IMG/VR virus record: IMGVR_UViG_3300020213_000034 | Coordinates: 611-64,610 of that record | Strand: one strand, 5' to 3' | Source: a virus | Lineage: Duplodnaviria > Caudoviricetes | Length of the DNA: 64,000 bases | Shown: piece after piece, positions 1 to 7,551 of the stretch | Position numbering within the stretch: position 1 is the first letter of the stretch | Layout: each line of letters begins with the position of its first letter | Program-made: the position numbers and the translations under genes | The notes under the pieces: model-generated | The model's input: the letters and a program-made list of their open reading frames with translations, nothing else | What the model was told of the DNA's origin: nothing | Databases searched by the model: none

Positions 1-236
1 TCCATTTCCGCGTCGGGCTTCCATTCGAGATGCCGCCAGAGGGGTTTGGCGGCGCGTTTATTCTGTCGGTTTTCGGCCGCAAGACACCACCGGCAGTGAT
101 ACCCGCGGAACACGAACCGAGGCACTTCGCCGTGCATACCACAGGGCCCGTGCGCGTATTGGTGAGTGAGTTTCCCAGCGCGCTTGTGACATCCATCACA
201 CACGGCCTCGGTCGGTTGTTTTTCAGGAGTGCTCAT
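1..236 (-). CDS. hypothetical protein, truncated by window edge (MSTPEKQPTEAVCDGC...)
   Basis: ATG at 236 overlaps the end of the methyltransferase gene; N-terminus matches the M[NS]T[PQ]EK[QE] start shared by neighbouring genes. Confidence 0.55.
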   Translation of the reverse strand, partial: MSTPEKQPTEAVCDGCHKRAGKLTHQYAHGPCGMHGEVPRFVFRGYHCRWCLAAENRQNKRAAKPLWRHLEWKPDAEM

Positions 237-1065
237 CTTGGGTGTTCGCCAAAAGCCGAGCAAAGAGCGTCCCTTGCCCGTTCTCGAAGTATTCGTATTC
301 GTCCATCGTTGGCCCAGGGCAACCGCATTCCGAATAATCCTCCCCGCAAATTGAGCACTCGCCATATTCGTTACAGTCACCCGAAAAGGCCACCTGCTTC
401 CATCCCCCAATCGCCGGTGCCCATTGGTCTGCCATCGCCGCCGCAATGCCAGGATACGTCTTGCTGCGCAGCTTCCAACGGTCTGCGGAGGGTGTGAGCT
501 TGTTCTGTCCGCTGTCGGTCTGGTTCGCCCAACGCTCCACGTTGCCCACCATCCGCCCCGGCACTCGCTTCGTCGGCGTGAGCTTCGGAAGCCGGTGCAG
601 CCACAGGCATGTCCGCTTGCTCGCATCCTCTCCGAATTGGTAGGGCTGCACGGTCTGCGTCGGCTTGCGGATTTGAGTCGAGATTATAGACACCGGATTT
701 TCGAGATACCATGGTTTATCCCCGGCCAGCTCGATCAACTCGCGGACGAATGCGAGAGCGGCATTTGTCTTTTCCCATCCACGTCCCCGGTTGTTCCAAT
801 GGATGCCGGCGACGGTCAGGAATGTGCAGTCTGGGTGCATCCCATACCCGCCCCACTCACGCGAGCGCATCGCGTCGCGGCAGTCGCCTTGGATGTGGTA
901 TGGACTGGTATCGTCGGAAGGGAGTAGGTCGCAGCTCCATGCGTCGATTCCCTTCGCGCGGAGTGCTTCGCGCACCATTCCTGAGTGCTCGCAGCAAACC
1001 AAAAAAGACGCCGGCGGCGAACCCGTCGCCACGCCCTCGGTCGTTTCTTTTTCAGGAGTGTTCAT
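223..1065 (-). CDS. phage DNA cytosine-5 methyltransferase-like protein
   Basis: CEHSG..VR.A...G.DAWSCDL, HPDCTFL (PC-like motif IV), LENPVS, QPYQFG..ASKRTCLWL, RSKTYPGIA.AMA.QW are typical of this compact phage C5-MTase family. Confidence 0.8.
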   Translation of the reverse strand: MNTPEKETTEGVATGSPPASFLVCCEHSGMVREALRAKGIDAWSCDLLPSDDTSPYHIQGDCRDAMRSREWGGYGMHPDCTFLTVAGIHWNNRGRGWEKTNAALAFVRELIELAGDKPWYLENPVSIISTQIRKPTQTVQPYQFGEDASKRTCLWLHRLPKLTPTKRVPGRMVGNVERWANQTDSGQNKLTPSADRWKLRSKTYPGIAAAMADQWAPAIGGWKQVAFSGDCNEYGECSICGEDYSECGCPGPTMDEYEYFENGQGTLFARLLANTQDEHS

Positions 1066-1283
1066 GGTTGTTTTGGGATTCTGGAGTTAGCCTTATGGTC
1101 GGAGATGATTTTCTCGCCTTCGTCGATTAGCTGATCGGCCAGAAAAAGCGAATAACCCACGAGGTCTTTGACCTTGCAATTTACGAGCGCCCAGCCGCAC
1201 CCCGGGTTGTGCGCAAAGACGGCATTGTTCGCCGCAAATCCCGCCAGTATTCGCGAGGCGATTTCGATTCGTTGTGCGCTCAT
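1062..1283 (-). CDS. hypothetical protein
   Basis: 73-aa ORF with ATGA overlaps to both neighbours. Confidence 0.65.
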   Translation of the reverse strand: MSAQRIEIASRILAGFAANNAVFAHNPGCGWALVNCKVKDLVGYSLFLADQLIDEGEKIISDHKANSRIPKQP

Positions 1284-1465
1284 GGTTGATTTGGGTTCTG
1301 TGGATCAGAATCTTGGGTGTTCGCCAGAAGTTTATCCTGGATCGCGTTTGCGTAAGCTTGGATTTCTGTGACTGGCAACAAAAGCGCGTATGGCCCTATT
1401 TGTGCCAATAGCACATCTCTCCAGTTTTCGATTTGCGCGGGCGTAAGCACTATGTTGGGTTTCAT
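1280..1465 (-). CDS. hypothetical protein ending in LANTQDSDPQNPNQP
   Basis: coupled ORF whose C-terminus is encoded by an attC half-site plus the linker repeat. Confidence 0.6.
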   Translation of the reverse strand: MKPNIVLTPAQIENWRDVLLAQIGPYALLLPVTEIQAYANAIQDKLLANTQDSDPQNPNQP

Positions 1466-1477
1466 GGTGTGGCTTGT

Positions 1478-1696
1478 CTACTGGTTCTCCAGATTCCATC
1501 TGGCTTTCCATTTGGCTTGTTTCCGGACGTGAAAAAGACACGCCGCCACATCCCGCCGGCCAGCGCACGCTTCCGCGGCCCGTTTATGCCAAATGGCGCG
1601 ACCGAAGCAGAATGAAGCCCAATGCGGCCTAACAAAACGCCAGAGCCAACGCGGCCATTTGCCGCGTGATTGTGTATCAGGAATATTCGAGTGCAT
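1478..1696 (-). CDS. hypothetical protein (MHSNIPDTQSRGKWPRWLWRFVR...)
   Basis: ATG lies inside the attC-like site; the N-terminus is encoded by its right arm. Confidence 0.5.
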   Translation of the reverse strand: MHSNIPDTQSRGKWPRWLWRFVRPHWASFCFGRAIWHKRAAEACAGRRDVAACLFHVRKQAKWKARWNLENQ

Positions 1697-1749
1697 AGAG
1701 TGATTGCGGAGATTATAGCCCGCCGCGTGGCTCATCTTGGGTGTTGGGC
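1627..1749 (-). repeat. integron attC-like recombination site (123 bp)
   Basis: minus strand GCCCAAC-ACCCAA-GATGAGCCACGCGGC...GCCGCGTTGGCTCTGG-CGTTTT-GTTAGGC: RYYYAAC/GTTRRRY cores, spacers, and an imperfect inverted repeat with an extra base. Confidence 0.8.
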
Positions 1750-2036
1750 AGAGCGGACTCACAGGCTTGGATTGCAGTTTCGCGACTCGGCGAGATTCCG
1801 CTTTCGCAGCCAGCCATCCAGTTCCAGTTTCCGTCCGTTCGACGCTCAACTGACGCAGCGATGTTACGGAGCCGCCCCTCGTATTTGGTGCCAAGCGCCC
1901 AGATAGTTGGGCCGTGCCCTACGCACGCCCATTCAGTGTTCGTTTTATTGTTTTCGGAAGCCCAACCAGCCGCCAGACCGAACGCGCTTGGGCGTCCGTC
2001 CGGCGAGCGGGAGTCAGTGAGATGCGCGTCGGTCAT
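1713..2036 (-). CDS. hypothetical cassette-like gene between two attC-like sites
   Basis: ORF starts in the 1960-2050 site and ends (LPNTQDEPRGGL) in the 1627-1749 site. Confidence 0.5.
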   Translation of the reverse strand: MTDAHLTDSRSPDGRPSAFGLAAGWASENNKTNTEWACVGHGPTIWALGTKYEGRLRNIAASVERRTDGNWNWMAGCESGISPSRETAIQACESALPNTQDEPRGGL

Positions 2037-2050
2037 CTTATTTGTTAGCC
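1960..2050 (-). repeat. integron attC-like recombination site (91 bp)
   Basis: minus strand GGCTAAC-AAATAA-GATGACCGACGCGC...GCGCGTTCGGTCTGG-CGGCTG-GTTGGGC; same architecture as 1627-1749 with covarying arms. Confidence 0.8.
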
Positions 2051-2280
2051 TGAAGATCGGCCCGCGTAAATGGCCCGCAGTTGGGGCGGAAGTTCGGACA
2101 ATTCCAGTCGGCAACGCATTGAGCCCACGTCAGGTGCATCGCGGAGCGGGAGCAGTAGTTTACACATTCGACCGCGCCGTGTTTTCCGCGCCGTGCGGCG
2201 CCGCCGCACACCGGACAGGCCAACAAATCGCCACAGCCAACGGCCACGGCCCCGGTCGTTTGTTTTTCTTGAGTGCTCAT
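2038..2280 (-). CDS. Lar-like / zinc-finger small protein
   Basis: CPVCGG.A...V.C...C....A...WN pattern resembles restriction-alleviation Lar-like Zn ribbons. Confidence 0.5.
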   Translation of the reverse strand: MSTQEKQTTGAVAVGCGDLLACPVCGGAARRGKHGAVECVNYCSRSAMHLTWAQCVADWNCPNFRPNCGPFTRADLQANK

Positions 2281-2618
2281 GGTTGATTTGGGTTCTGTGG
2301 ATCAGAATAAACCGGCACCCGCATCCACGCGATGACCTTGCCCGAGTATTCCCAACTGGTCTCGCATATGTCGCACGACTCTTGATGCCAGCCGGTCCAG
2401 TAGTATTCGCCTTCTTCGCCCGGCACTGGCTCCGCATCGGAGGGCGGATCGCAGTCGTCGCTCGCCGGCGAGGCGTGGCGGTTGAGGTATTCGAGAGTGA
2501 CAAAGCTCGTTTTTCTGGAAGCGGTCTGCACGGCACACCAGAAGCGTTCGCGTTTGCCCTTGGCCACGTCCGGCGTGCCGACCTGCCATTTAAGCGGTTG
2601 TTTTTCTTGAGTGTTCAT
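2277..2618 (-). CDS. hypothetical protein, paralogue A (MNTQEKQPLKWQVGTP...)
   Basis: near-identical paralogue at 2935-3276; C-terminal VIAWM.VP resembles DUF551-type endings. Confidence 0.75.
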   Translation of the reverse strand: MNTQEKQPLKWQVGTPDVAKGKRERFWCAVQTASRKTSFVTLEYLNRHASPASDDCDPPSDAEPVPGEEGEYYWTGWHQESCDICETSWEYSGKVIAWMRVPVYSDPQNPNQP

Positions 2619-2662
2619 AGTTGTATTTGGGTTTGGAATGTTGGGCGGGGTCGTGGCTCGTC

Positions 2663-2938
2663 TCAGTGGTTCGGCTGAAACTTTTCGATGCCCGCCTTGA
2701 TGCGACGCGCCTCGTATTCGAATCCTATCCACGAAAACACGGCTTCGTAGCATTCTTCGGAGCATACGCATGGCTCCCTCGGCTCTCCTCCGCAGCCGCA
2801 CTCCTGTCCTGAGCAACAGTATTCAGGCACATAGCCCGGGACTGGCTTGCTGCAAATAAGGCAAATCGGGATAGCCGATCGAGTGATCAGCGCGGGTCTA
2901 TGTTGGCTATCGGGTTTTATGCTTGGTTCATTGCTCAT
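2663..2938 (-). CDS. Cys-rich hypothetical protein
   Basis: CLIC...CCSGQECGCGG.P...CS..C; ends at an attC left half-site. Confidence 0.65.
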   Translation of the reverse strand: MSNEPSIKPDSQHRPALITRSAIPICLICSKPVPGYVPEYCCSGQECGCGGEPREPCVCSEECYEAVFSWIGFEYEARRIKAGIEKFQPNH

Positions 2939-3276
2939 GGTTGATTTGGGTTCTGTGGATCAGAATAAACCGGCAGACGCATCCATGCGACGACCTTGCC
3001 ATCGTAGTCCCAAATGGTGTTGCACGTGTCGCACGACTCTTGTTGCCAGCCGGTCCAGTAGTATTCGTCTTCTTCGCCCGGCACTGGCTCCGCATCGGAG
3101 GGCGGATCGTAGTAGTCGCTCGCTGGCATGGCGTAGCGGTTGAGGTATTCGAGCACGATGCATCTCGTTTTTCCGGGATCGGTCTGCACGGCACACCAGA
3201 AGCTTTCGCGTTTGCCCTCGGCGACGTCCGGGTTGCCGACCTGCCATTGAAGCGGTTGTTTTTCTTGAGTGTTCAT
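2935..3276 (-). CDS. hypothetical protein, paralogue B (MNTQEKQPLQWQVGNP...)
   Basis: duplicate of 2277-2618. Confidence 0.75.
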   Translation of the reverse strand: MNTQEKQPLQWQVGNPDVAEGKRESFWCAVQTDPGKTRCIVLEYLNRYAMPASDYYDPPSDAEPVPGEEDEYYWTGWQQESCDTCNTIWDYDGKVVAWMRLPVYSDPQNPNQP

Positions 3277-3283
3277 GGGTGAT

Positions 3284-3676
3284 TTAGGGTTTGTGTGTCT
3301 GGCCGGGCTTGGGGTTTGGCAGAAGAGAATCAAACGCCTCTAGGGTGAACATGTGCCACTGGGCTTCTACCACCTCGTCCGTTGTTTTATCCCATTGCAT
3401 GGCCCCGCTGTTATTTTCTATCCCCTGCCGAAAGCCTGTGACGTATGCGCGTGAGATTGCGCGGGCCGCGCGCTCGATTTGCGCGTCAGAATAATCGGAG
3501 CCTAGCAAATCGTCAGGGTGCGCCGCTGGTGCGGGGACGTACTTGTAGGTGAGCCATGCATTGGTCGAGCATGGGCACAAGCTCAGGAGCTGTACCGCTG
3601 GTGCGGGGTTCGTCGGCGCGCTGGCGACGATCATGTCGTCGGTTTCGACGATATGTTTTTCAGGTTCGTTTTTCAT
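3284..3676 (-). CDS. hypothetical protein
   Basis: 130-aa ORF in the minus-strand operon. Confidence 0.6.
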   Translation of the reverse strand: MKNEPEKHIVETDDMIVASAPTNPAPAVQLLSLCPCSTNAWLTYKYVPAPAAHPDDLLGSDYSDAQIERAARAISRAYVTGFRQGIENNSGAMQWDKTTDEVVEAQWHMFTLEAFDSLLPNPKPGQTHKP

Positions 3677-3804
3677 GTTTCGAAGATGACGTTAGCGACA
3701 GCGGCCATGACGGCGAGCAAAACGACAAAAGCGAGCTTGAGTATCACCGCGCCAATGAAGACATCGACATCTAGTTTATTTTTTCCGGTTGGTTTGTCTT
3801 TCAT
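3673..3804 (-). CDS. small membrane protein (MKDKPTGKNKLDVDVFIGAVILKLAFVVLLAVMAAVANVIFET)
   Basis: 43-aa ORF read from the sequence, with a hydrophobic stretch and an ATGA overlap. Confidence 0.45.
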   Translation of the reverse strand: MKDKPTGKNKLDVDVFIGAVILKLAFVVLLAVMAAVANVIFET

Positions 3805-3940
3805 AGGGCCTGAAACTTGGCGGAACGGGTATGAGGTGCTCAATGGCAACCGCTTGAAAACAATGAAGTTAGCTATTCAGGGGTTGGGTGATCCCGAAAT
3901 CTGTTTCGGGATCACCGCGTGGGCGGCTGCGGAGGGGGCA

Positions 3941-4318
3941 TTAGGGGTGGCACGGTTTCCACGAGACGCTGGTGAAGAAGAGGAAAAGCGCGATGATGCC
4001 AAAGACGATGGCGCCAATATAGACTTGGCGGTCGCTGCGCTTTTCCTCGACCAATCTTTCGGCCGCTAGCTTTTCGCCGGCCAGATCGTGGAGACGTATA
4101 AATTCGGCGCGTCGGGCGGCCAAACTGTTTTTTTGTTTTTTCTTTTTCATGGAGTGGTGGTGGTGTATTTGCCGCGTCGCGGTACTTGGCACGGGCGGCG
4201 CATATGTCGGCCGCAGGTCCAGCGCCGCGTCGTAACCGGCGGCGAGGGCGGCGTCGGCTTCGGCGGCACGTTTGCGGCGGGCGGCGATGGGGGCGGTAAT
4301 TTCGATCATGGGGGTCAT
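3941..4318 (-). CDS. hypothetical protein with Ala-rich N-terminus and C-terminal TM helix
   Basis: starts MTPMIEI like the Ala-rich paralogues at 63.1-63.7 kb; shares AALAAGYDAAL with the upstream gene. Confidence 0.5.
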   Translation of the reverse strand: MTPMIEITAPIAARRKRAAEADAALAAGYDAALDLRPTYAPPVPSTATRQIHHHHSMKKKKQKNSLAARRAEFIRLHDLAGEKLAAERLVEEKRSDRQVYIGAIVFGIIALFLFFTSVSWKPCHP

Positions 4319-4322
4319 TGGG

Positions 4323-4868
4323 TTACAAGTCGATGTCGGCATCGTATTTGAGGCGAGCGGCGGCGTGTTTGGCGAGGCGGACAGCATGGTGGGGAGAGCA
4401 GGCGGCTTCGCAGGCGGCTTCGCAGGCGGCTTTGAGGCGAGTGGCGCAGGCGGCGGTGGAGCAGGCGGCCCGCACTGCGCGGCAGTGGGTGAGGTGTGGA
4501 GCGCACGCGGCGGTGCATTCGGCATTCGCGGCGGCCAGCGCCGCGTCGTAACCGGCGGCGAGGGCTGCGTTATATTCGGCGTTGTGCCAAGGCAGGTCCG
4601 ATGCGATTACGCGGTCCTTCTGGGCCCGCCGGTTGGCATGGCGACGTAGGTCGCGCGCTGCTTCGGCGCAAAGGGCGCGCACCTTTGCGGCGTGGATCGT
4701 GAAATCTTTCGGGAGCGTGTCGCGGTAACCCACGACAGCGACGCAGACAGCTTCCGCTAGGTCGAGCGCCTGTATCGCATCGCGGAATCCGCGCTCCGCG
4801 AAGCGGGCGGCGTTGAATTTGGCGCGGACGGCGTCGAGGTTGGCTTCGGTGTTGATTTCGTTTTTCAT
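4323..4868 (-). CDS. Ala-rich helical repeat protein
   Basis: AALAAGYDAAL, AACEAACEAAC and APHL..CRA motifs shared with the genes at 63-64 kb. Confidence 0.65.
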   Translation of the reverse strand: MKNEINTEANLDAVRAKFNAARFAERGFRDAIQALDLAEAVCVAVVGYRDTLPKDFTIHAAKVRALCAEAARDLRRHANRRAQKDRVIASDLPWHNAEYNAALAAGYDAALAAANAECTAACAPHLTHCRAVRAACSTAACATRLKAACEAACEAACSPHHAVRLAKHAAARLKYDADIDL

Positions 4869-5062
4869 TTCGTTTCTGGTTTTTTGTCCTTGGGGGCGTT
4901 GGCCCTTTTCCACGCGAAGAAGTCCTGCGCATCCTTCAGGTATAGTTGCCTGCATTTTTGCTCTTGGTGCTGTGCGTCACGCCGCTCGGCCTCTTGGTAT
5001 TGTTGGTCATCGGCCTCAAACCCCATGGCTTCAAGTTCGCCCCAGATGTTTCGTTTACTCAT
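4865..5062 (-). CDS. hypothetical protein
   Basis: coupled 65-aa ORF. Confidence 0.6.
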   Translation of the reverse strand: MSKRNIWGELEAMGFEADDQQYQEAERRDAQHQEQKCRQLYLKDAQDFFAWKRANAPKDKKPETK

Positions 5063-5258
5063 GTCGTTCTACTTTTGACGTAAGGTGCCACGCCCGGCAG
5101 GCGGGGCAAGGATAAATGCGCAAAGCCTCTGGGCGCTTGCGATGCGCGCTCATTCTTGCGTTCATCGCCGTCTGGGCTTCACGCTTACTGTAAGGGGTTT
5201 TCTGGCAGGAAAATCCGCCACGCCCGCCCCAATCAATCAATGGAAGCGGGCCAGTCAT
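5055..5258 (-). CDS. small Zn-finger phage protein
   Basis: C.K..YSK.EA...R.Y.CP.C.AWHLTS motif. Confidence 0.7.
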   Translation of the reverse strand: MTGPLPLIDWGGRGGFSCQKTPYSKREAQTAMNARMSAHRKRPEALRIYPCPACRAWHLTSKVERHE

Positions 5259-5503
5259 GCCAGTCTGACGGTTTCGACATTCCGCTCCGTTTCCGAGTCC
5301 CGCTGAATGCCGGCTACCGACAGCTTGCCAGCAACAATCAGCTCATTGACCCGGCCGCACACGCTGCTCAGGCGCATTCCGGTGGCCTTGGCGATCCCAG
5401 AGCGAGAAAGCCCGGCGCACATAAACAGGCAGCCGAGCACGCGCTGATGGCCGTCGGCCTTTGTCGGCTTGGTGGCCTTGAGTGATTCAGCCTTGGTGCT
5501 CAT
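5255..5503 (-). CDS. winged-HTH DNA-binding protein
   Basis: GLSRSGIAKATGMRLSSVCGRVNELI..G. Confidence 0.7.
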   Translation of the reverse strand: MSTKAESLKATKPTKADGHQRVLGCLFMCAGLSRSGIAKATGMRLSSVCGRVNELIVAGKLSVAGIQRDSETERNVETVRLA

Positions 5504-5754
5504 TGCAGGACGCGATTGTGGATAACCCCGACCTTGTAAAGCGGTGCAAGCCTTCCCGAGTCAAACAGGACTGACTTCTCAAAAACGCCGCGGATTTCCA
5601 TGGTTTTTGCGATGATCTTGTTCAGCTGACGGAGGCCCCTGAATCCCGGGAATGTCGTGGGGTGATCGGCCGGGAGGAGCACGCCAAGATTTTTATCGAA
5701 CGCGAGCGGCCTCCCGTTGGACTCCGCGTAGTGGACTTTCTTCTTCTTTGCCAT
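5500..5754 (-). CDS. hypothetical protein (MAKKKKVHY...)
   Basis: ORF with A/C-rich upstream region and ATGA overlap. Confidence 0.55.
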   Translation of the reverse strand: MAKKKKVHYAESNGRPLAFDKNLGVLLPADHPTTFPGFRGLRQLNKIIAKTMEIRGVFEKSVLFDSGRLAPLYKVGVIHNRVLQ

Positions 5755-5767
5755 TGTGGTTGGTGGG

Positions 5768-6346
5768 TTAAGGTTTGCAGCTGACTCCGGGGGCAGACCC
5801 GCGGCGTTCGCACTCTTCCTGAAGCAGAGCCAGACTGCGCCACGCAAGGGACCGCAGGTGCTCGAGTCTGTCTGGGGTGGAGGTGTTGCCAGCATCGATC
5901 AGGTGCCGCACGATGCAGTCGGCGTGATCGGGGCTTTTCCAGCGGGCCCAGTGCGGGCCTTTCACGTTACCCGGGGTGTGCTTCTGGTCCGATGTGAGCG
6001 AGTGGCGGGCGACCTCAAAAAGGGCAGCCGGGAAGTATCCAAGAAGACCCCGAAACATGGGGGCGGTCTTGCGCTCGTCGCTGTCCTGAGGAATAAAGTA
6101 TTTCTGTTCCGAAGACTGCAAGCATTCAGTTGTGTTCGGCTGGCTAATTCCGCCTTGCTGGGGGCAGGGGATTTTGCGATAAACCCTCCATCGCCCCTCC
6201 CCCTCCTCCATTCTCCCCACTGTGCGGCCAACACCCCAGCTAACAAACGCCTCGGGTATTCCGTCGCAGACATAAATGTCCCCTAGTGCACAAAGCACGT
6301 CAGGTTCAAGATGCTGGTATCCGCCGATGTGGGATGGTAGGTTCAT
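5768..6346 (-). CDS. dATP/dGTP diphosphohydrolase-like (DUF5664-type) protein
   Basis: RK..P.FRGLLGYFPAAL.EVA..S...DQKH.PG...HWAR.KS.DHADCI.RHL.D...HL..LAWR.LA.LQ. Confidence 0.7.
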   Translation of the reverse strand: MNLPSHIGGYQHLEPDVLCALGDIYVCDGIPEAFVSWGVGRTVGRMEEGEGRWRVYRKIPCPQQGGISQPNTTECLQSSEQKYFIPQDSDERKTAPMFRGLLGYFPAALFEVARHSLTSDQKHTPGNVKGPHWARWKSPDHADCIVRHLIDAGNTSTPDRLEHLRSLAWRSLALLQEECERRGSAPGVSCKP

Positions 6347-6582
6347 AGTGAAAGAATGTTCTCCATGTAGATTCCACGAGCCCCAGTGATTTTGTGCTCC
6401 ATCAGGGTATATTCGGTGGAAACCGGCATGCCGCCAAATAGGATCGCTTGCTTGAACTCGCGCCAAACTGTTTCGTGATTGAATCCGGCTATCCGGCGAA
6501 TCGGTTTGCAAATTGTTTCTACGCAAACTGGCTTGGATTGAACTGGCGTCATCTGCCGAGACCGTGCGGGTATATTTTTCAT
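6343..6582 (-). CDS. hypothetical protein
   Basis: 79-aa ORF coupled to the next gene. Confidence 0.55.
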   Translation of the reverse strand: MKNIPARSRQMTPVQSKPVCVETICKPIRRIAGFNHETVWREFKQAILFGGMPVSTEYTLMEHKITGARGIYMENILSL

Positions 6583-6613
6583 AGGTCAAAACTTTAGTGT
6601 TGCCACGGTCTTC

Positions 6614-6799
6614 TCAGTAGGCCAGCTTATGGCACCGATGAAAAAGACTAATCAGGCCACGGCAGAAATCGACCTCAACGTGCTGCTTGGCGTTCGCCAC
6701 AATCCGAAGCCCCCGCGTGCCCGCGGTCGCCTCCCGCAGCTGAACAAGTTCTATCTCCGCATGGCGGCGGCTAAGCGAAATGCTGAGCTGAGTGCCCAT
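6614..6799 (-). CDS. hypothetical protein
   Basis: 61-aa ORF in the operon. Confidence 0.45.
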   Translation of the reverse strand: MGTQLSISLSRRHAEIELVQLREATAGTRGLRIVANAKQHVEVDFCRGLISLFHRCHKLAY

Positions 6800-6971
6800 T
6801 GATAATAAGGGTCGTCAGCTTGTCCAGCTTGACGGCCCGGTATGGCTGAAACGGTATTGTAGCCTCAACGGATTTTGCAACCGGAGAGACCTTCACGGGC
6901 TCCGGTTTTTTCTTGGCCTTCTGCTCAACGATCTTCTCGCCAAGCAAGTCGAATACGTCAGTGGCGGACAT
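6771..6971 (-). CDS. hypothetical protein (MSATDVFDLL...)
   Basis: ORF overlapping the FkbM gene end. Confidence 0.5.
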   Translation of the reverse strand: MSATDVFDLLGEKIVEQKAKKKPEPVKVSPVAKSVEATIPFQPYRAVKLDKLTTLIINGHSAQHFA

Positions 6972-7551
6972 ACAGTGCGTCCCCAAAATCGCCGCCGTGC
7001 CATTCGGTTTCCACGCGCTTGAAGCCGCAGCTGCACAGGAACGAGTCGATCTCGTCAATCTGGGCGCAGTCCTTGAATACCTCGGCGCGATTGACCTCTG
7101 TGATGATGACATCCACCTCCTCTAGCGTGCGCCTCGCTCCGATTAGGACTGCCATCTCGTAGCCCTGCGCATCGATATAGAGAAAGTTGTAGCCCTTGAA
7201 TTCAAACTCGTCCAGCCGGCACACGATGACCTTCTGCCTCGTGTTGAACTTGATCCATGGAAGAATCTCAAGATGCTTGGCCGGTTCCAGCAGCGAGCAA
7301 GACTGCCCGCCGTTGACTGTTTCGCAAAACATTTCCGTCACGCAATTTTCACACCCGAGCGCCACGGGATACACCACGGCCTCAGGGTGATCGGCCATCA
7401 GCTTCTTGTAGTTGCTAATGATTGGCTCAAAGTGAACCTGCTTCAGGCCTAGACTATTCCACATTGGAATCTCCTCCCCGTGATGGGAGCCTACCTGAAT
7501 CACGCCACTCGGGGCGAGGTGGTGGGACTTCAGGACTTCGGGGACATTCAT
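6958..7551 (-). CDS. FkbM-family SAM-dependent methyltransferase
   Basis: VIQVGSHHGEE, HFEP, CSLLEP..HL, RLD, FLYIDAQGYE..VL.GA..TL, TEVN. Confidence 0.85.
   Translation of the reverse strand: MNVPEVLKSHHLAPSGVIQVGSHHGEEIPMWNSLGLKQVHFEPIISNYKKLMADHPEAVVYPVALGCENCVTEMFCETVNGGQSCSLLEPAKHLEILPWIKFNTRQKVIVCRLDEFEFKGYNFLYIDAQGYEMAVLIGARRTLEEVDVIITEVNRAEVFKDCAQIDEIDSFLCSCGFKRVETEWHGGDFGDALYVRH

Larger units (their letters stand above)
1278..2966. repeat. 34-bp gene-junction repeat GCTCATGGTTGATTTGGGTTCTGTGGATCAGAAT, three copies (1278-1311, 2275-2308, 2933-2966)
   Basis: exact direct repeats; on the minus strand each encodes SDPQNPNQP-stop overlapping the next ATG. Confidence 0.9.

Noticed and set aside
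1278-2966. CRISPR array from the 34-bp repeats
   Set aside because: The repeats are 650-1000 bp apart with genes between them, and no cas operon is present (the PD-(D/E)XK nuclease sits in a recombination context).
2277-3276. Possible DGR template/variable repeat pair
   Set aside because: Mismatches are not confined to adenines on either strand, both copies are whole ORFs, and no reverse transcriptase is present.
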